A stretch of 63,534 nucleotides of DNA, filler included, from Asterionella formosa (lineage: Eukaryota): NCBI GenBank assembly GCA_002256025.1. It is 16 parts of 16 records of this genome, joined end to end, with 100 filler letters (N's around TTAATTAATTAA, not from the genome) between each part and the next. Parts side by side here need not be neighbours in the genome. Positions count along the whole stretch, not along the records: positions 1 to 21,776 come from NKIB01002951.1; positions 21,877 to 43,608 come from NKIB01002968.1; 14 more parts are not named here. The stretch is one strand, 5' to 3'. The notes under the pieces were generated by a model. The model was not told the DNA's origin. It made no database searches and worked only from the letters and a program-made list of their open reading frames with translations. Both the position numbers and the translations under genes were made by a program. Every line of letters starts with the position of its first letter. The first letter of the stretch is position 1. This document shows, one piece after another, positions 14,201-24,098 of the stretch.

Positions 14201-16777
14201 TCTCATAGGGTGGCATGGCTTCAAAAGCTTGCTGAATTTCATGCTTCAAGGTCAAAGCATGCAGAAGAAGCAACGTGTCGGTTTCAAATTCATTGTACTT
14301 ATCAGCAAGCCGCTCGAATGCACGAGAGCATTTGGTCGAGTGTTCCATTCTTACCATGGGCAAATGATTCTAGCGATGGCGTTCATATAGATGGCGAAGG
14401 ACCAGCAGGTGACCCAGACGATTACTACGACGCTGACTATGACTGCGAGGATCAATTGTTTGATGATGCTGGCTCTTACGAAATGAACCTTGGTAAACAG
14501 ATCGACAAATCAAATTCGTTCCGACGAATCTTTTATCGAGTTGCAAATAGTGTCAGAATGAGAACAGGTGACTGGGATACAGGGGGGAATAAAAACCTCT
14601 TTTTTGGGGTCACTTTCGCATCGGAATATGGAACAGTAACGCCATGGATTTCGCTTCGCGAAATGGAGGAATGTATGGTCGAGGAAGCTGAAGCAGCAGG
14701 GGACTTGTACTTAAAGGCTGGTATTGCAGAAAGCAGTCGATACTCTTGGGGCCTGGCAACACAATTCTATTCCCGAAAATTTAATTATGCCAAACTGGGT
14801 CGTGCTTATCGTCGTCTGTCGACCGTTGTTCAATCACGAGTTCCAGTGGTAGATACAAATGAGCAAGCCCTAGAACTTTCTCATCCTCTGGGACGTTTCT
14901 ACAGAGTTTGGTTTCATGGCGGCGCCCCAGATGAGTTGATCGGCGCTGAGTTTGTGTATCGTGCTTCTGGTTCTGTGAAGCTTGAAGAGTTTGGCAAACT
15001 CGTGTTTGAGGCTATAAACTGTATCTTACCGGATAACACCCCCATCGATCTCCTTTTGGATGACGGACGACCAGAAGAATCTTCTTCTGGCTTGCGACCG
15101 CTTTCCAGGAGACTGGGACCAACACCTCTTGAACCTGTGAAGATCAAAGTCACGCCACTTCGCCCTCTGGTGCGGCGTGCAAATACTATCAGAGGAACAC
15201 CTGAATGGTTCAATCGTCACACAGATATTGCATTTCAGACATCAACACCTTCTGATGGAGGTAAGGTGTCGAAACGTTCCATTGCAAGTGGGACATTCGA
15301 AAAGGAAAGGAAGTCTCGATTCGGTACGACACATCGCCAACGTGATCATTCACGGTCGCACAGCGCAAGTGTGTTTTCATCAAGTGGAAGTATTCCATCC
15401 CGAGTTTCTGACATTGGAAGTACTGGACTGAATCCAATCGACCCATATAGGGAGTCTGGAGAGCGCAGTGTTGCTGGTGGTGGCGACTTAGTTGGTGTGG
15501 ATCGATTCACGTTTTTCCAACCAGTGAATAAGAAGACTCGCGGCCGATCCTCTCGTGATTGGCTGAAATCTACGGGGGATTTCGCTGACAAAAGCCTTCG
15601 AGTTACGCTTTTGCAAGTCGAACGGGCGTTCCCAGCGTGTGTGGCTCGACAGTCTGTTACCAATAGAACTGTTTTTACTCAAAGCCCATTAGAAGCTGGG
15701 GTTCACGCAGTGTGCAGCTGGTGCTCTGTTCTTTTCAGAACTGCAGTTGCCACAAATGGACAAGCTGTTCTGGGTAAAAAATTCGATGGAATTGGAAAGC
15801 AAGCGTCCAAGGTTGTGTCTGACTGCATTCATGCAAGCCGAGTAAAAGAAATGGGTTTGACACTCTTGAAACAGCATGGGTCAGTTTCTGAAGAGCCAGA
15901 TAGTGACCTCGGCATCATGATGTTTCAGTATGGTCGGCTTTCCGAGGAGGAAATTGTTCTGTTTCAAGTAAAGCTTGCGCGTGGTATAGTAGTCTTTATG
16001 GAGATCTTGCACCTCCTGATCACTCACAACCGTGATTTACTCCTTGCAGTTGTCGATGCGAGGAAAAGGAACGACTCTGAATCCCTCCACACTTATGGCA
16101 ACACCAGCCTGCAGCGAGCTACGATCATGAATCGTGAGGCGACCGGCTATGACCTTCCAACTATCGCTACCCCTGAGCGACCAGGCAAAAATAATCATCT
16201 TCGAAATTTTTCTAGTCTTACCCGATCACAAAATCGTGACTATTCAGACGAGCGTAGTATTCCAGCAGGCGATCATAACAATCGCGAGCCCACGATCCCC
16301 GAAAACAAGAGCAATTGCATCGCTACAGTTGGGAGTAATGATCGAACTGATTCAGCTATTGCCATTCAAAGTGAATTGCAACGTGCATTTATTTCCATGA
16401 CAAAAGCTCTCTACCCACAAATTTCACGAGTTCTCCAGAATGAAACACCCCGATGGCTAAAGCAGTGCACCCAGGAGTATTATTTTTCTTCATATGCCTA
16501 CCGCCAAACTATAATTCCCATGGCGGAGGAGTTGTTTTTCTTTGCTCAAGATGAGCTGCCGGCACCTGACGAATCTGTTATCCCAGATGACGGTTCCGAA
16601 TTCATGATCTCACAAGTTCCATCTGTAGTTTCACAAGCTGAAATAGGATTGTCAGGATTTATGCAATCTTCAGAATCTCCATCTGGATCCCAGGCAGAGA
16701 GTTCTATCAAAAGTCATCCACACTATAGGTATCACAAAACCGCCTCCTCAGATGGATCATACAGACAAGTTGTTTAA
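5248..16777 (+). CDS. DOCK-family (DOCK-C/D-like) guanine nucleotide exchange factor; exons 5248-8309, 8380-11217, 11281-16777 (~3798 aa)
   Basis: Three long ORFs join in frame through phase-2 introns 8310-8379 (GTAAGT..CTAAC..TAG) and 11218-11280 (GTAAGT..AAG). Motifs: EIEPLFCSLAIY; DHR-1/C2 NELLCTP..FMDEFKLRLPLTL..ILFSVF; DHR-2 PSHRVAWLQKLAEFH, GRFYRVWFHG..EFVYR, FPACVARQ. Confidence 0.88.
8310..8379 (+). other. Spliceosomal intron 1 of DOCK gene (70 nt)
   Basis: GTAAGT donor, CTAAC branch site, TAG acceptor; removal restores the frame (..YPR|ADHQ..). Confidence 0.88.
11218..11280 (+). other. Spliceosomal intron 2 of DOCK gene (63 nt)
   Basis: GTAAGT donor, T-rich body, AAG acceptor; removal restores the frame (..LGYR|SIPMK..). 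Confidence 0.8.
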
Positions 16778-17290
16778 CAAGATTTTAGTTGATGTTAGGA
16801 TTTTGTACCAATCAACTTAGATTTTCATTTTTCACTTTGACTCATCTATTTTAGCAATTCAAATAAAATTCTTGGTTTATTTCTTCAAAGCAGAAGGTAT
16901 ATAGCCGTGAATGGTTTCCATGTGTTCTTAACCTGCTCCCAGATTTATGGCTGTATGAAGTTTCTATTTCTGGGAGTATGGCTCAATGGTCAAGCACGCT
17001 GTCCCTGATTGCTTGGATGGTGATCATGGGGCTGAAGTTTATCTGACGACTCCCGCATTTACCAGTACAGGTATTTCTATGCGACTTTTTTGCATTCATT
17101 ATACCGGTACTGGTCGTATCCGGAGAAAGTTCAATGATGCTGAATAAAATAATTGCTCTATAAATGATTTTTGGCAGTACATGATGTATATACCGGTAAT
17201 ATGATTATGTGACACCGAGGATCATACAAATAAAATACCGGGTAAATAGGTATTTATCGTATCAGCAAAGTATTCTACAGCTCTGCCGCC

Positions 17291-19456
17291 ATGGCTCTTC
17301 TCCTTTCAATCTTGGCTCGTGTATTATTTCTCCTACTGGGTTATAGAAGTCATTGCTTCTGCGTTCAGGCCTTCTCATTAATTAGGATGGAACCGTATCA
17401 ACGGCTAAAAGCACGGGGTCGTTTTATCTTCGCTCGATCGCACGGCAGCGACGCTTCTGTTTTAAACGAGAGAGCAGAAAGCGATGGAGGATCACCAACC
17501 AATCAGAATGTTACCCAAAATGCTCGTGCGAAAGCAGAGGAGTGGAGGAATCAAGCCAGAGAACTCATGGCTGAAGTCAAAGCGATCGAGGCAGCCACGG
17601 CTGAAAAACGAATCACAAAATCAGTACGGAAGAAGACTGGACAAGATTCACTGATTGACGATCTCTTCGCAAGGAATGTGACTACTTTGATTCTAGCGGA
17701 ACGTCTGAGGACGGAGCGCTGGTCACCAGAGAATCTAATGTTAATCGTCGAAAGAATTCATGAACGCCAGGTTCAAGCCATGGGACAAGCGTCTGCAACA
17801 TCAAACACAGGCTTTCAGATTGGGGACACACGTAATTCGGCTGAATCAAACAGCGAGGAATATGACCGGCTGGACAAGTTCGTCAATATGCTCATGGATG
17901 CTAGTAGTTTGCTTGACGAGGAGCATCGAAAGGGGGGAGATCTCAATACTCGATGGACTGGACGAGTGCAAATATCTCTTTACTCGAGACTGATGGAGCT
18001 AAGACGAGAGAACGAGCAAGCATTCCAGAACCGTTTATCACGGCTGACTAATAGTAACGAATTTGTAAGAGGAGACTCTAAGGCTTCGATTCAAGACTTC
18101 ACGAGAAAATCGCTCGGTCTACGTGACGACCTCCAAAGACCAAACATTAACACTTCTTCAATATTGGAAATGGTGGAAGCGATACCCAAGTGGCTGCCCA
18201 GATCCATAATTCCGTTATATGCTGGGAAGAAGGGGCTCTTGGATTATAGCGATATCAAAACCATAGAAAAAGAGGTCCTCGCGGGTACAGAATTCTACTG
18301 CACTGAAACAGATTCAGTGCCATACGCTGCAATTTTCCGAGGGAATATTCGGTCTCGAAATGGGGGGATTGTAACTGACATTAACGAAGACCAGACGGCC
18401 AGAATATATAAGGAGATCACTGAGAAACTTTCGAACGTTGGATTATCCAGCCGTATCCAACTCCTCTTGTTGAATGATCCCGAATGGTCGCCGAATAACA
18501 GAAATGAACCCTCGCCGAAGCCTGTTATCATTGCTCTGTCGAAGGCCATTTTGGAAACGCTTTCAGCGCCACGGCAATTGCGGCTCGCTACATTTTCCAA
18601 TTTCTTCTCGCTTTTACTGAGTTTCAGTTACGCAGTTTCATCTTACGCGATGAACCAAAATTTTTTCGAATCTATTCAGAATGACTTGACTAAGAGTCTT
18701 GCTTCCTGTGTCCCACTGTTTGCTGGTCTAATTGGTATTCAAGCTATCCACGAAGTGACACATAGGATTTTCGCTGCTCGCAGCGGAACTAAAATTGGAC
18801 TGCCAGTTCTCCTTCCTTCCACTCTTCTTGGGACCTTCGGAAGCATCACACCGCTCCATTCCTTTCCTCGCGATCGCACGGCGTTGTTTGACTTTTCCCT
18901 GAGTGGACCATTTGCTGGCATGTTGGCGTCTGTAGCGTCCATGATTGGTGGCTTAGCCGCAACAATATATGCATCAAATGAAGCCCTTTCGCGCTTCCCT
19001 GTAACGCCTGCAATTATCTTCAAGTCTAGCTTCCTAACGGGCTCACTCATCTCGTTTGTTGCGCCCAAAGTGATGCTACTACCATTCTCACAACCTGTAC
19101 CAATGCATCCGCTATTCTTTATTGGATTTGCAGGATTGATTTCAAACGCATTGAATGTTCTTCCTATTGGGAGGCTAGACGGAGGCCGAGCCTATTCCGC
19201 TGTTTTCGGGAGCAGGTCGGCAGCACAGGCTTCTGCGGCCACTCTGTCTTTCATGCTGCTACTCGGAAGCATAGGAGAATCATCAATATCTCTCGTTTGG
19301 GCTGCAATGACGGTTCTCTTTCAACGCAACGCAGAAATTCCGGTTCAAAATGAACTTCCGGAAGTTGACGATGTTAGAGTTGGATTGTATCTTGGAGTGC
19401 TTGCTTTTGCGTTGCTGGCGTTGGCCCCTTTTCCTGGTGGTCGTGGTCCTCTCTAG
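17291..19456 (+). CDS. EGY-like M50 (site-2) intramembrane zinc metalloprotease, probably plastid-targeted
   Basis: HEVTH zinc motif, GTFG, SLSGP, NVLPIGRLDGG and several TM segments. N-terminal signal peptide ends in VQA-F, resembling a diatom bipartite plastid leader. Confidence 0.88.
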   Translation: MALLLSILARVLFLLLGYRSHCFCVQAFSLIRMEPYQRLKARGRFIFARSHGSDASVLNERAESDGGSPTNQNVTQNARAKAEEWRNQARELMAEVKAIEAATAEKRITKSVRKKTGQDSLIDDLFARNVTTLILAERLRTERWSPENLMLIVERIHERQVQAMGQASATSNTGFQIGDTRNSAESNSEEYDRLDKFVNMLMDASSLLDEEHRKGGDLNTRWTGRVQISLYSRLMELRRENEQAFQNRLSRLTNSNEFVRGDSKASIQDFTRKSLGLRDDLQRPNINTSSILEMVEAIPKWLPRSIIPLYAGKKGLLDYSDIKTIEKEVLAGTEFYCTETDSVPYAAIFRGNIRSRNGGIVTDINEDQTARIYKEITEKLSNVGLSSRIQLLLLNDPEWSPNNRNEPSPKPVIIALSKAILETLSAPRQLRLATFSNFFSLLLSFSYAVSSYAMNQNFFESIQNDLTKSLASCVPLFAGLIGIQAIHEVTHRIFAARSGTKIGLPVLLPSTLLGTFGSITPLHSFPRDRTALFDFSLSGPFAGMLASVASMIGGLAATIYASNEALSRFPVTPAIIFKSSFLTGSLISFVAPKVMLLPFSQPVPMHPLFFIGFAGLISNALNVLPIGRLDGGRAYSAVFGSRSAAQASAATLSFMLLLGSIGESSISLVWAAMTVLFQRNAEIPVQNELPEVDDVRVGLYLGVLAFALLALAPFPGGRGPL

Positions 19457-19485
19457 AACCTGAATAAACCTAAAACGATTCATTC

Positions 19486-20247
19486 TTATTGAAAGACATC
19501 ATCTTCAGTGACTGCTTGAAAGAGCTTTTTCTGATTCAATCTCGCCTTGTCTATGAGCCAAACCTCACCGACTTTTCGTAATGTAAATTGTATCATTGTA
19601 GGCTCTTGATTTGGGGTGGTACGCATTTCAGCATTCACGAATGCTAGAGTCGGTAACCCGCCTGAACCATCTTCCACAGAGTAACCTTCGGTCACCTCCA
19701 GACTTTGCCACTCCAAAAGGATTGCAAAGTCGGATGCTCGTATCCTTCGTGTCAGCATGTCTGGGGTGAGTGCCCCTCTCAGCACTTCTTTCCAAGAATT
19801 CTTGGCCTTTGCGCTTTCACCACTACCCCACCTTTCAGCTCTACTTAGTGGCACTAGAAAGAGTTGTAACACTGCTGCTCCATGATTTTTGTGTGGACTA
19901 TTGATTCTCCGCAACGCCTTTAATGCACTTTCCACGGCATTGCTTGGACTCCGAAATGGATTCGGCTTTGGTGCAGTTTCAGATATCGATTGGTCATACT
20001 CGCCCTGAAGAAATGCATCGATCTCTGCTTCAAGTTTCAAGTCTTTATACTGCTCATCGCCTAGGTCGCTTTCACCTTCATCATCGATGTCCTTGCCAAC
20101 GTGTAATTTTCGGTCATGTACTGCAGCAGCGTATCCCACAAGCCTGCGCATACTTGCACTACTGCTGGCACTAGGACTTGGGCAGGTGAAGCCATGTGAT
20201 GTGAGCCAGAAGGAGAGCACTAATAAAAGGCACAGCATCATCACCAT
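19486..20247 (-). CDS. Hypothetical protein, probably plastid-targeted
   Basis: Open frame. Likely start is M30 of the ORF (MVMMLCLLLVLSFWLTSHG-F = signal peptide + F, then an S/R-rich transit-like stretch). Globular C-terminal region ends FTLRKVGEVWLID. Confidence 0.7.
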   Translation of the reverse strand: MVMMLCLLLVLSFWLTSHGFTCPSPSASSSASMRRLVGYAAAVHDRKLHVGKDIDDEGESDLGDEQYKDLKLEAEIDAFLQGEYDQSISETAPKPNPFRSPSNAVESALKALRRINSPHKNHGAAVLQLFLVPLSRAERWGSGESAKAKNSWKEVLRGALTPDMLTRRIRASDFAILLEWQSLEVTEGYSVEDGSGGLPTLAFVNAEMRTTPNQEPTMIQFTLRKVGEVWLIDKARLNQKKLFQAVTEDDVFQ

Positions 20248-20643
20248 CGTTCCTACTCCTATACCCTCACTCTCGTGTTCTGCCTTTCTGGATTCGTTTT
20301 TATGTGGTGCCATATGGGAAAGCAGAATGCGCAACGTCGCTCGTCATCATCAAGAAACCCATTTGTCCTTCGCGCGACAAATTAAAAAAGTGTTGTCATA
20401 TGATCAGCCCAATTTTTTGTATCTCCAACATCCGGGGGGGTATGTACATTGCTCCGAAATCACATGGCTGCAGATACAGCGTTAAGCAACACAGTTGGTA
20501 GATGCTACGTATCTGTAGCTCTCACGCAGTAAAATTTGCTAGAAAAATGTTTCTACACAATTTGTTTGTTTTACTTTGTTTGCTAATAATTGTTTTTATA
20601 AAAGAGTGAGCTTAATGTAAATGTAAATTTGAATGTATGATTT

Positions 20644-21153
20644 TGAAACTTCCAAGCTCATGCATGTTTCAAAATAGAGGTGATCTTCGGAGGCGAGGTT
20701 CATTTGTGTTCCCAACTTGAACTGAGAATAAACTACATCCTCTTCCTAAATACACATTTGTCTTAATCTTGGCCTGTCTCAACTTAGGCCAGATGCTGTT
20801 GGATCGAAGACTGCTTACAGAATGATCCTGTTAATCATAACTAGATCATATCTAGTTTGCTTCTTTAATGTTCCTTGATGTTGCGGACATATCTGTAATT
20901 GTCTAGTCAATCATTTATTGATTTGGCTTCTAGCTAGGTCTGATCGTCTTCTAGAGTCCATTTAACAGGTTAGAGAGAACTTCTCCTGAAAGTTCCTCTC
21001 TCAACTGTGGCATTTTACACGCGATATTTAACCATGTAATCTTGAATCAATCATCTAGTGGATTGTGGTACATGTTTCTAATCAGGTCACTAGAGGCGAA
21101 AATATATTGACACTCATAACCTGATCAGGAATCAGGAATCTCTATGTGTTTCA
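20644..21153 (-). repeat. Putative 3' LTR of the Copia element (~510 bp)
   Basis: Directly follows the polypurine tract GAGAGGGAGAG (21155-21165, minus strand) and is bounded by inverted TGAAAC...GTTTCA. The left boundary is inferred from that match only. Confidence 0.55.
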
Positions 21154-21180
21154 ACTCTCCCTCTCAGCAAAAGCATGTAG

Positions 21181-21776
21181 CTACCATCCACATAGTAACT
21201 TGCGTATTGCTGTAAATTTCTCTGCTACTAAACCCTTTGTGAAAATGTCCCCAAGTTGTTTTGTAGTTTCAATCTTTAAGATTTCAATATCACCTGATGT
21301 CACGTACTCTCTAAACCAATGATATGCCACTGCAATATGTTTTGTACGCGGCGTCATTTTCGGCATCGTTGCTTGAGACAAACATGCACTATTGTCTTCG
21401 TATATCTTTGAATGTGACCGTACTATGAACCGCTCAGTAATCTCTAGAGCTTCAGATGCCTCCTTGCAAATTTGTCTTAATGGAATAAGATCCCGACAAC
21501 TTGCTGACAAGGCCTGGTACTCAGCTTCCATAGTAGATAGGGCTATAGTGGTCTGTAGTTTGGATACCCATAGTAGAGGGCATCCAGCTAACGTTATGAC
21601 ATACCCTGTCCTTGACTTAGCACAAACTGGATCATGTGAATCTTCACTACCATATAATCCTGCAAAGTCTGAATCCACATAGCAATCAATTGCGAATTCC
21701 TTGGATGGTATAAATACGATCCCTTCGGTTGCTGTTCCTTTTAGATACCGACAAATTTTCTTAATTGCCCCTTCAT
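21181..21776 (-). mobile_element. Ty1/Copia pol 3' end (RT end + RNase H), open frame, truncated by contig end
   Basis: AIKKICRYLKGT, YVDSDFAG, KSRTGY, WVSKLQTTIALSTMEAEY, YEDNSAC, RTKHI, QLGDIFTKGL. Confidence 0.95.
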
Positions 21777-21876
21777 NNNNNNNNNNNNNNNNNNNNNNNN
21801 NNNNNNNNNNNNNNNNNNNNTTAATTAATTAANNNNNNNNNNNNNNNNNNNNNNNNNNNNNNNNNNNNNNNNNNNN
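21777..21876. other. Artificial contig linker (44N-TTAATTAATTAA-44N); 15 copies in window
   Basis: Identical linkers start at 21777, 43609, 45033, 46457, 47881, 49305, 50729, 52153, 53576, 54996, 56419, 57845, 59268, 60691 and 62113. The core has stops in all six frames. Confidence 0.98.
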
Positions 21877-22364
21877 AATTACAAGGAATTGTGGTAAGGA
21901 GTATCAAGATTGAGATGTGACAATCCCTGGCCACAACCTCATAAGTCCATTATCATGATTTGTCATCATTGTAAAAATTGGTTTTGTTCACATGGTTAAA
22001 GAATTTTGCTATTTCCCCCTCCATGCATAGTGTATGAGTGAAATTTTGGTTGTGCAGAATTTAATGATTGTATCGCCCCAGTATCCAATTTCCATTCAGA
22101 ACAAAAGATGTGCTCTATTTGTTGGAGTTACTGAAATCATTGGACTCAATCTGAAAAATTCAACATTCTCAGATGAGTTCGATACTACAGTGTTTGCAAG
22201 TTCAAAATGCATCAAGTGTGAGCAAGATCAAAGGTCTGCCTATTATGTGCCTCTCTTAGCAAAAGTAAACTACTACTCTGTTTTCCCCATCTGTCCCATG
22301 CATCTTGCAAGTCATTGTGACTATCTCCGTCATCCTCTGTTGTCATAATTTATAACACAAAAAA

Positions 22365-24098
22365 CTAAGTACTTGTAGTTGCTGCCATCATTTGCTCCAA
22401 CTGTTTTATATCATGATCCATGGTTCGCGTGGCTCGTTCCAACTGCTCTAACTGTGATTGATGCATATTCATGATCCGTACAACATCACCCACTTCCGCA
22501 GTCATGATATTTTCTTGAGCCCCCTCCAATGCATGCAGGGATGATTGAAGGTTGGTGGTTAAAATTGAGAGCCGACCATCGACTTCTACAGCCGTATTAT
22601 ACGCTTGTTCACGTTTGCGATCGGCTTCCACTGGTGTCACGTGAGATTGCGCCCGAAACAAATCATCCACCTGGGTTTCCATTTTGGTAAGGTTGGAATC
22701 AAGTTCTGTCTGAAAGGCTCCGATTCCCTGAAGCAATTGTTCAAGTTCCGTTTGTTGAACGAGTAGTTTGGAAGTCTGTTGTGTCATGTGCGAGAGAGAT
22801 CTCTGCGAATCTCTCAAAATGGCATCATACTGCATAACACGATGTGCTTGCTTCATGTAGTCTACAGCATCAGACTCAAGCTCCTTCTGGAACTTGTTGA
22901 GAATTTGTTCCACAGTCAAAGTTTGGTACTCCAATCGAGCTGGATCCTTCGCTCTGGCGGGTGTTGCTTGCGCAGGTGCTGCGGTTGTGCTAACCCCAAC
23001 CAGGGAAGGTGCAGCTGTCGTTGCAGGCTTCGGGTCGGCTACTTTGAAATCAGGAGTGTCAACAAAGGATAATGCAGCTGCATTATTTTCTGGGGCCTTC
23101 GACGCCAGCGTCTTGGCAGCTGCATCCGCAAGAGGAGCAGCTCCAAAACTAAAGCCACCTGGAGCAGGAGCAGCGTCCACGGCTCCAAAACTAAATCCAC
23201 CAGCTGCAGGAGCATCTGGTGCAAGCACAGCCTCCGACGGCTTGGAAACAACCGCTCCAAAGCTAAATCCACCCGCAGCTGGTGCATGTGCAGCATCTGC
23301 TGGAGCAGCCGCTCCAAAACTAAATCCGCCCGCAGCTGGTGCAGGCGCAGTGTCCGCCGGGGCAGCCGCTCCAAAACTAAATCCGCCCGTAGCTGGTGCA
23401 GGTGCAGCATCGGTAGGAGCAGCCGCTCCAAAACTAAATCCACCTGCAGCTGGTGCAGGCGCAGTGTCCGCCGGGGCAGCCGCTCCAAAACTAAATCCGC
23501 CCGCAGCTGGTGCAGGTGCAGCATCGGTAGGAGCAGCCGCTCCAAAACTAAATCCACCTGCAGCTGGTGCAGGCGCAGTGTCCGCCGGGGCAGCCGCTCC
23601 AAAACTGAATCCACCCGAAGCTTGTACAGGAGCGGCTGAGTCTCCTGCTCCAGGAGAAGAATCTGCGAGGGCGGAAGAAGCTGATCCAAAACTGAATCCC
23701 GCAGCTGTAGCTGTTGCTGTTGGAGCAGGAGTGGACCCACTGAAACCAAATCCACCAGCAGTCGGTGCAGCCCCAGAAAAACCGCCAAAGCCTCCAGTGG
23801 CTGTGGAAGTCGCACCAAATGACGTTGGCTTTTCTCCATCAGCTCCACGCTTTCCTCCCCCTCCTCCACTTTTGGTGGTTGTGACTGCTCCGAAGCCACC
23901 CGAATTGCTTCCTGATGGAGCTGCTCCAAAACTGAATCCACTGCCAGAGCCAGCAGTAGGACCGGACGCTGTCGAGTTTTCAGTAGTTGTTCCAAACGAG
24001 AAAATTGCAGCTGGCGCACTTCCGCTTGATGAACTGAAGGAAAAACCTCCAGCCGCTGGTGCTGATGTGCTGCCGCTTGCGCCAGAATTGAAAGCCAT
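22365..24098 (-). CDS. NUP62: FG-repeat nucleoporin Nup62/Nsp1
   Basis: Many GGFSFG repeats, then a coiled-coil C-terminus starting LTVEQILNKFQKELE..YMKQAHRVMQYDAIL and ending VVRIMNMHQSQLEQLE (Nsp1_C-like). ATG at 24098. Confidence 0.92.
   Translation of the reverse strand: MAFNSGASGSTSAPAAGGFSFSSSSGSAPAAIFSFGTTTENSTASGPTAGSGSGFSFGAAPSGSNSGGFGAVTTTKSGGGGGKRGADGEKPTSFGATSTATGGFGGFSGAAPTAGGFGFSGSTPAPTATATAAGFSFGSASSALADSSPGAGDSAAPVQASGGFSFGAAAPADTAPAPAAGGFSFGAAAPTDAAPAPAAGGFSFGAAAPADTAPAPAAGGFSFGAAAPTDAAPAPATGGFSFGAAAPADTAPAPAAGGFSFGAAAPADAAHAPAAGGFSFGAVVSKPSEAVLAPDAPAAGGFSFGAVDAAPAPGGFSFGAAPLADAAAKTLASKAPENNAAALSFVDTPDFKVADPKPATTAAPSLVGVSTTAAPAQATPARAKDPARLEYQTLTVEQILNKFQKELESDAVDYMKQAHRVMQYDAILRDSQRSLSHMTQQTSKLLVQQTELEQLLQGIGAFQTELDSNLTKMETQVDDLFRAQSHVTPVEADRKREQAYNTAVEVDGRLSILTTNLQSSLHALEGAQENIMTAEVGDVVRIMNMHQSQLEQLERATRTMDHDIKQLEQMMAATTST
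23252..23616 (-). repeat. 57-bp (19-aa) coding tandem repeat inside Nup62
   Basis: Unit GGFSFGAAAP(AD/TD)(T/A)APAPAA; CCGCTCCAAAACTAAATCC recurs every 57 nt. Confidence 0.9.

Noticed and set aside
21821..21832. Recurrent TTAATTAATTAA as a biological repeat or CRISPR-like direct repeat
   Set aside because: Always centred in 88 Ns; it is a synthetic six-frame-stop spacer.
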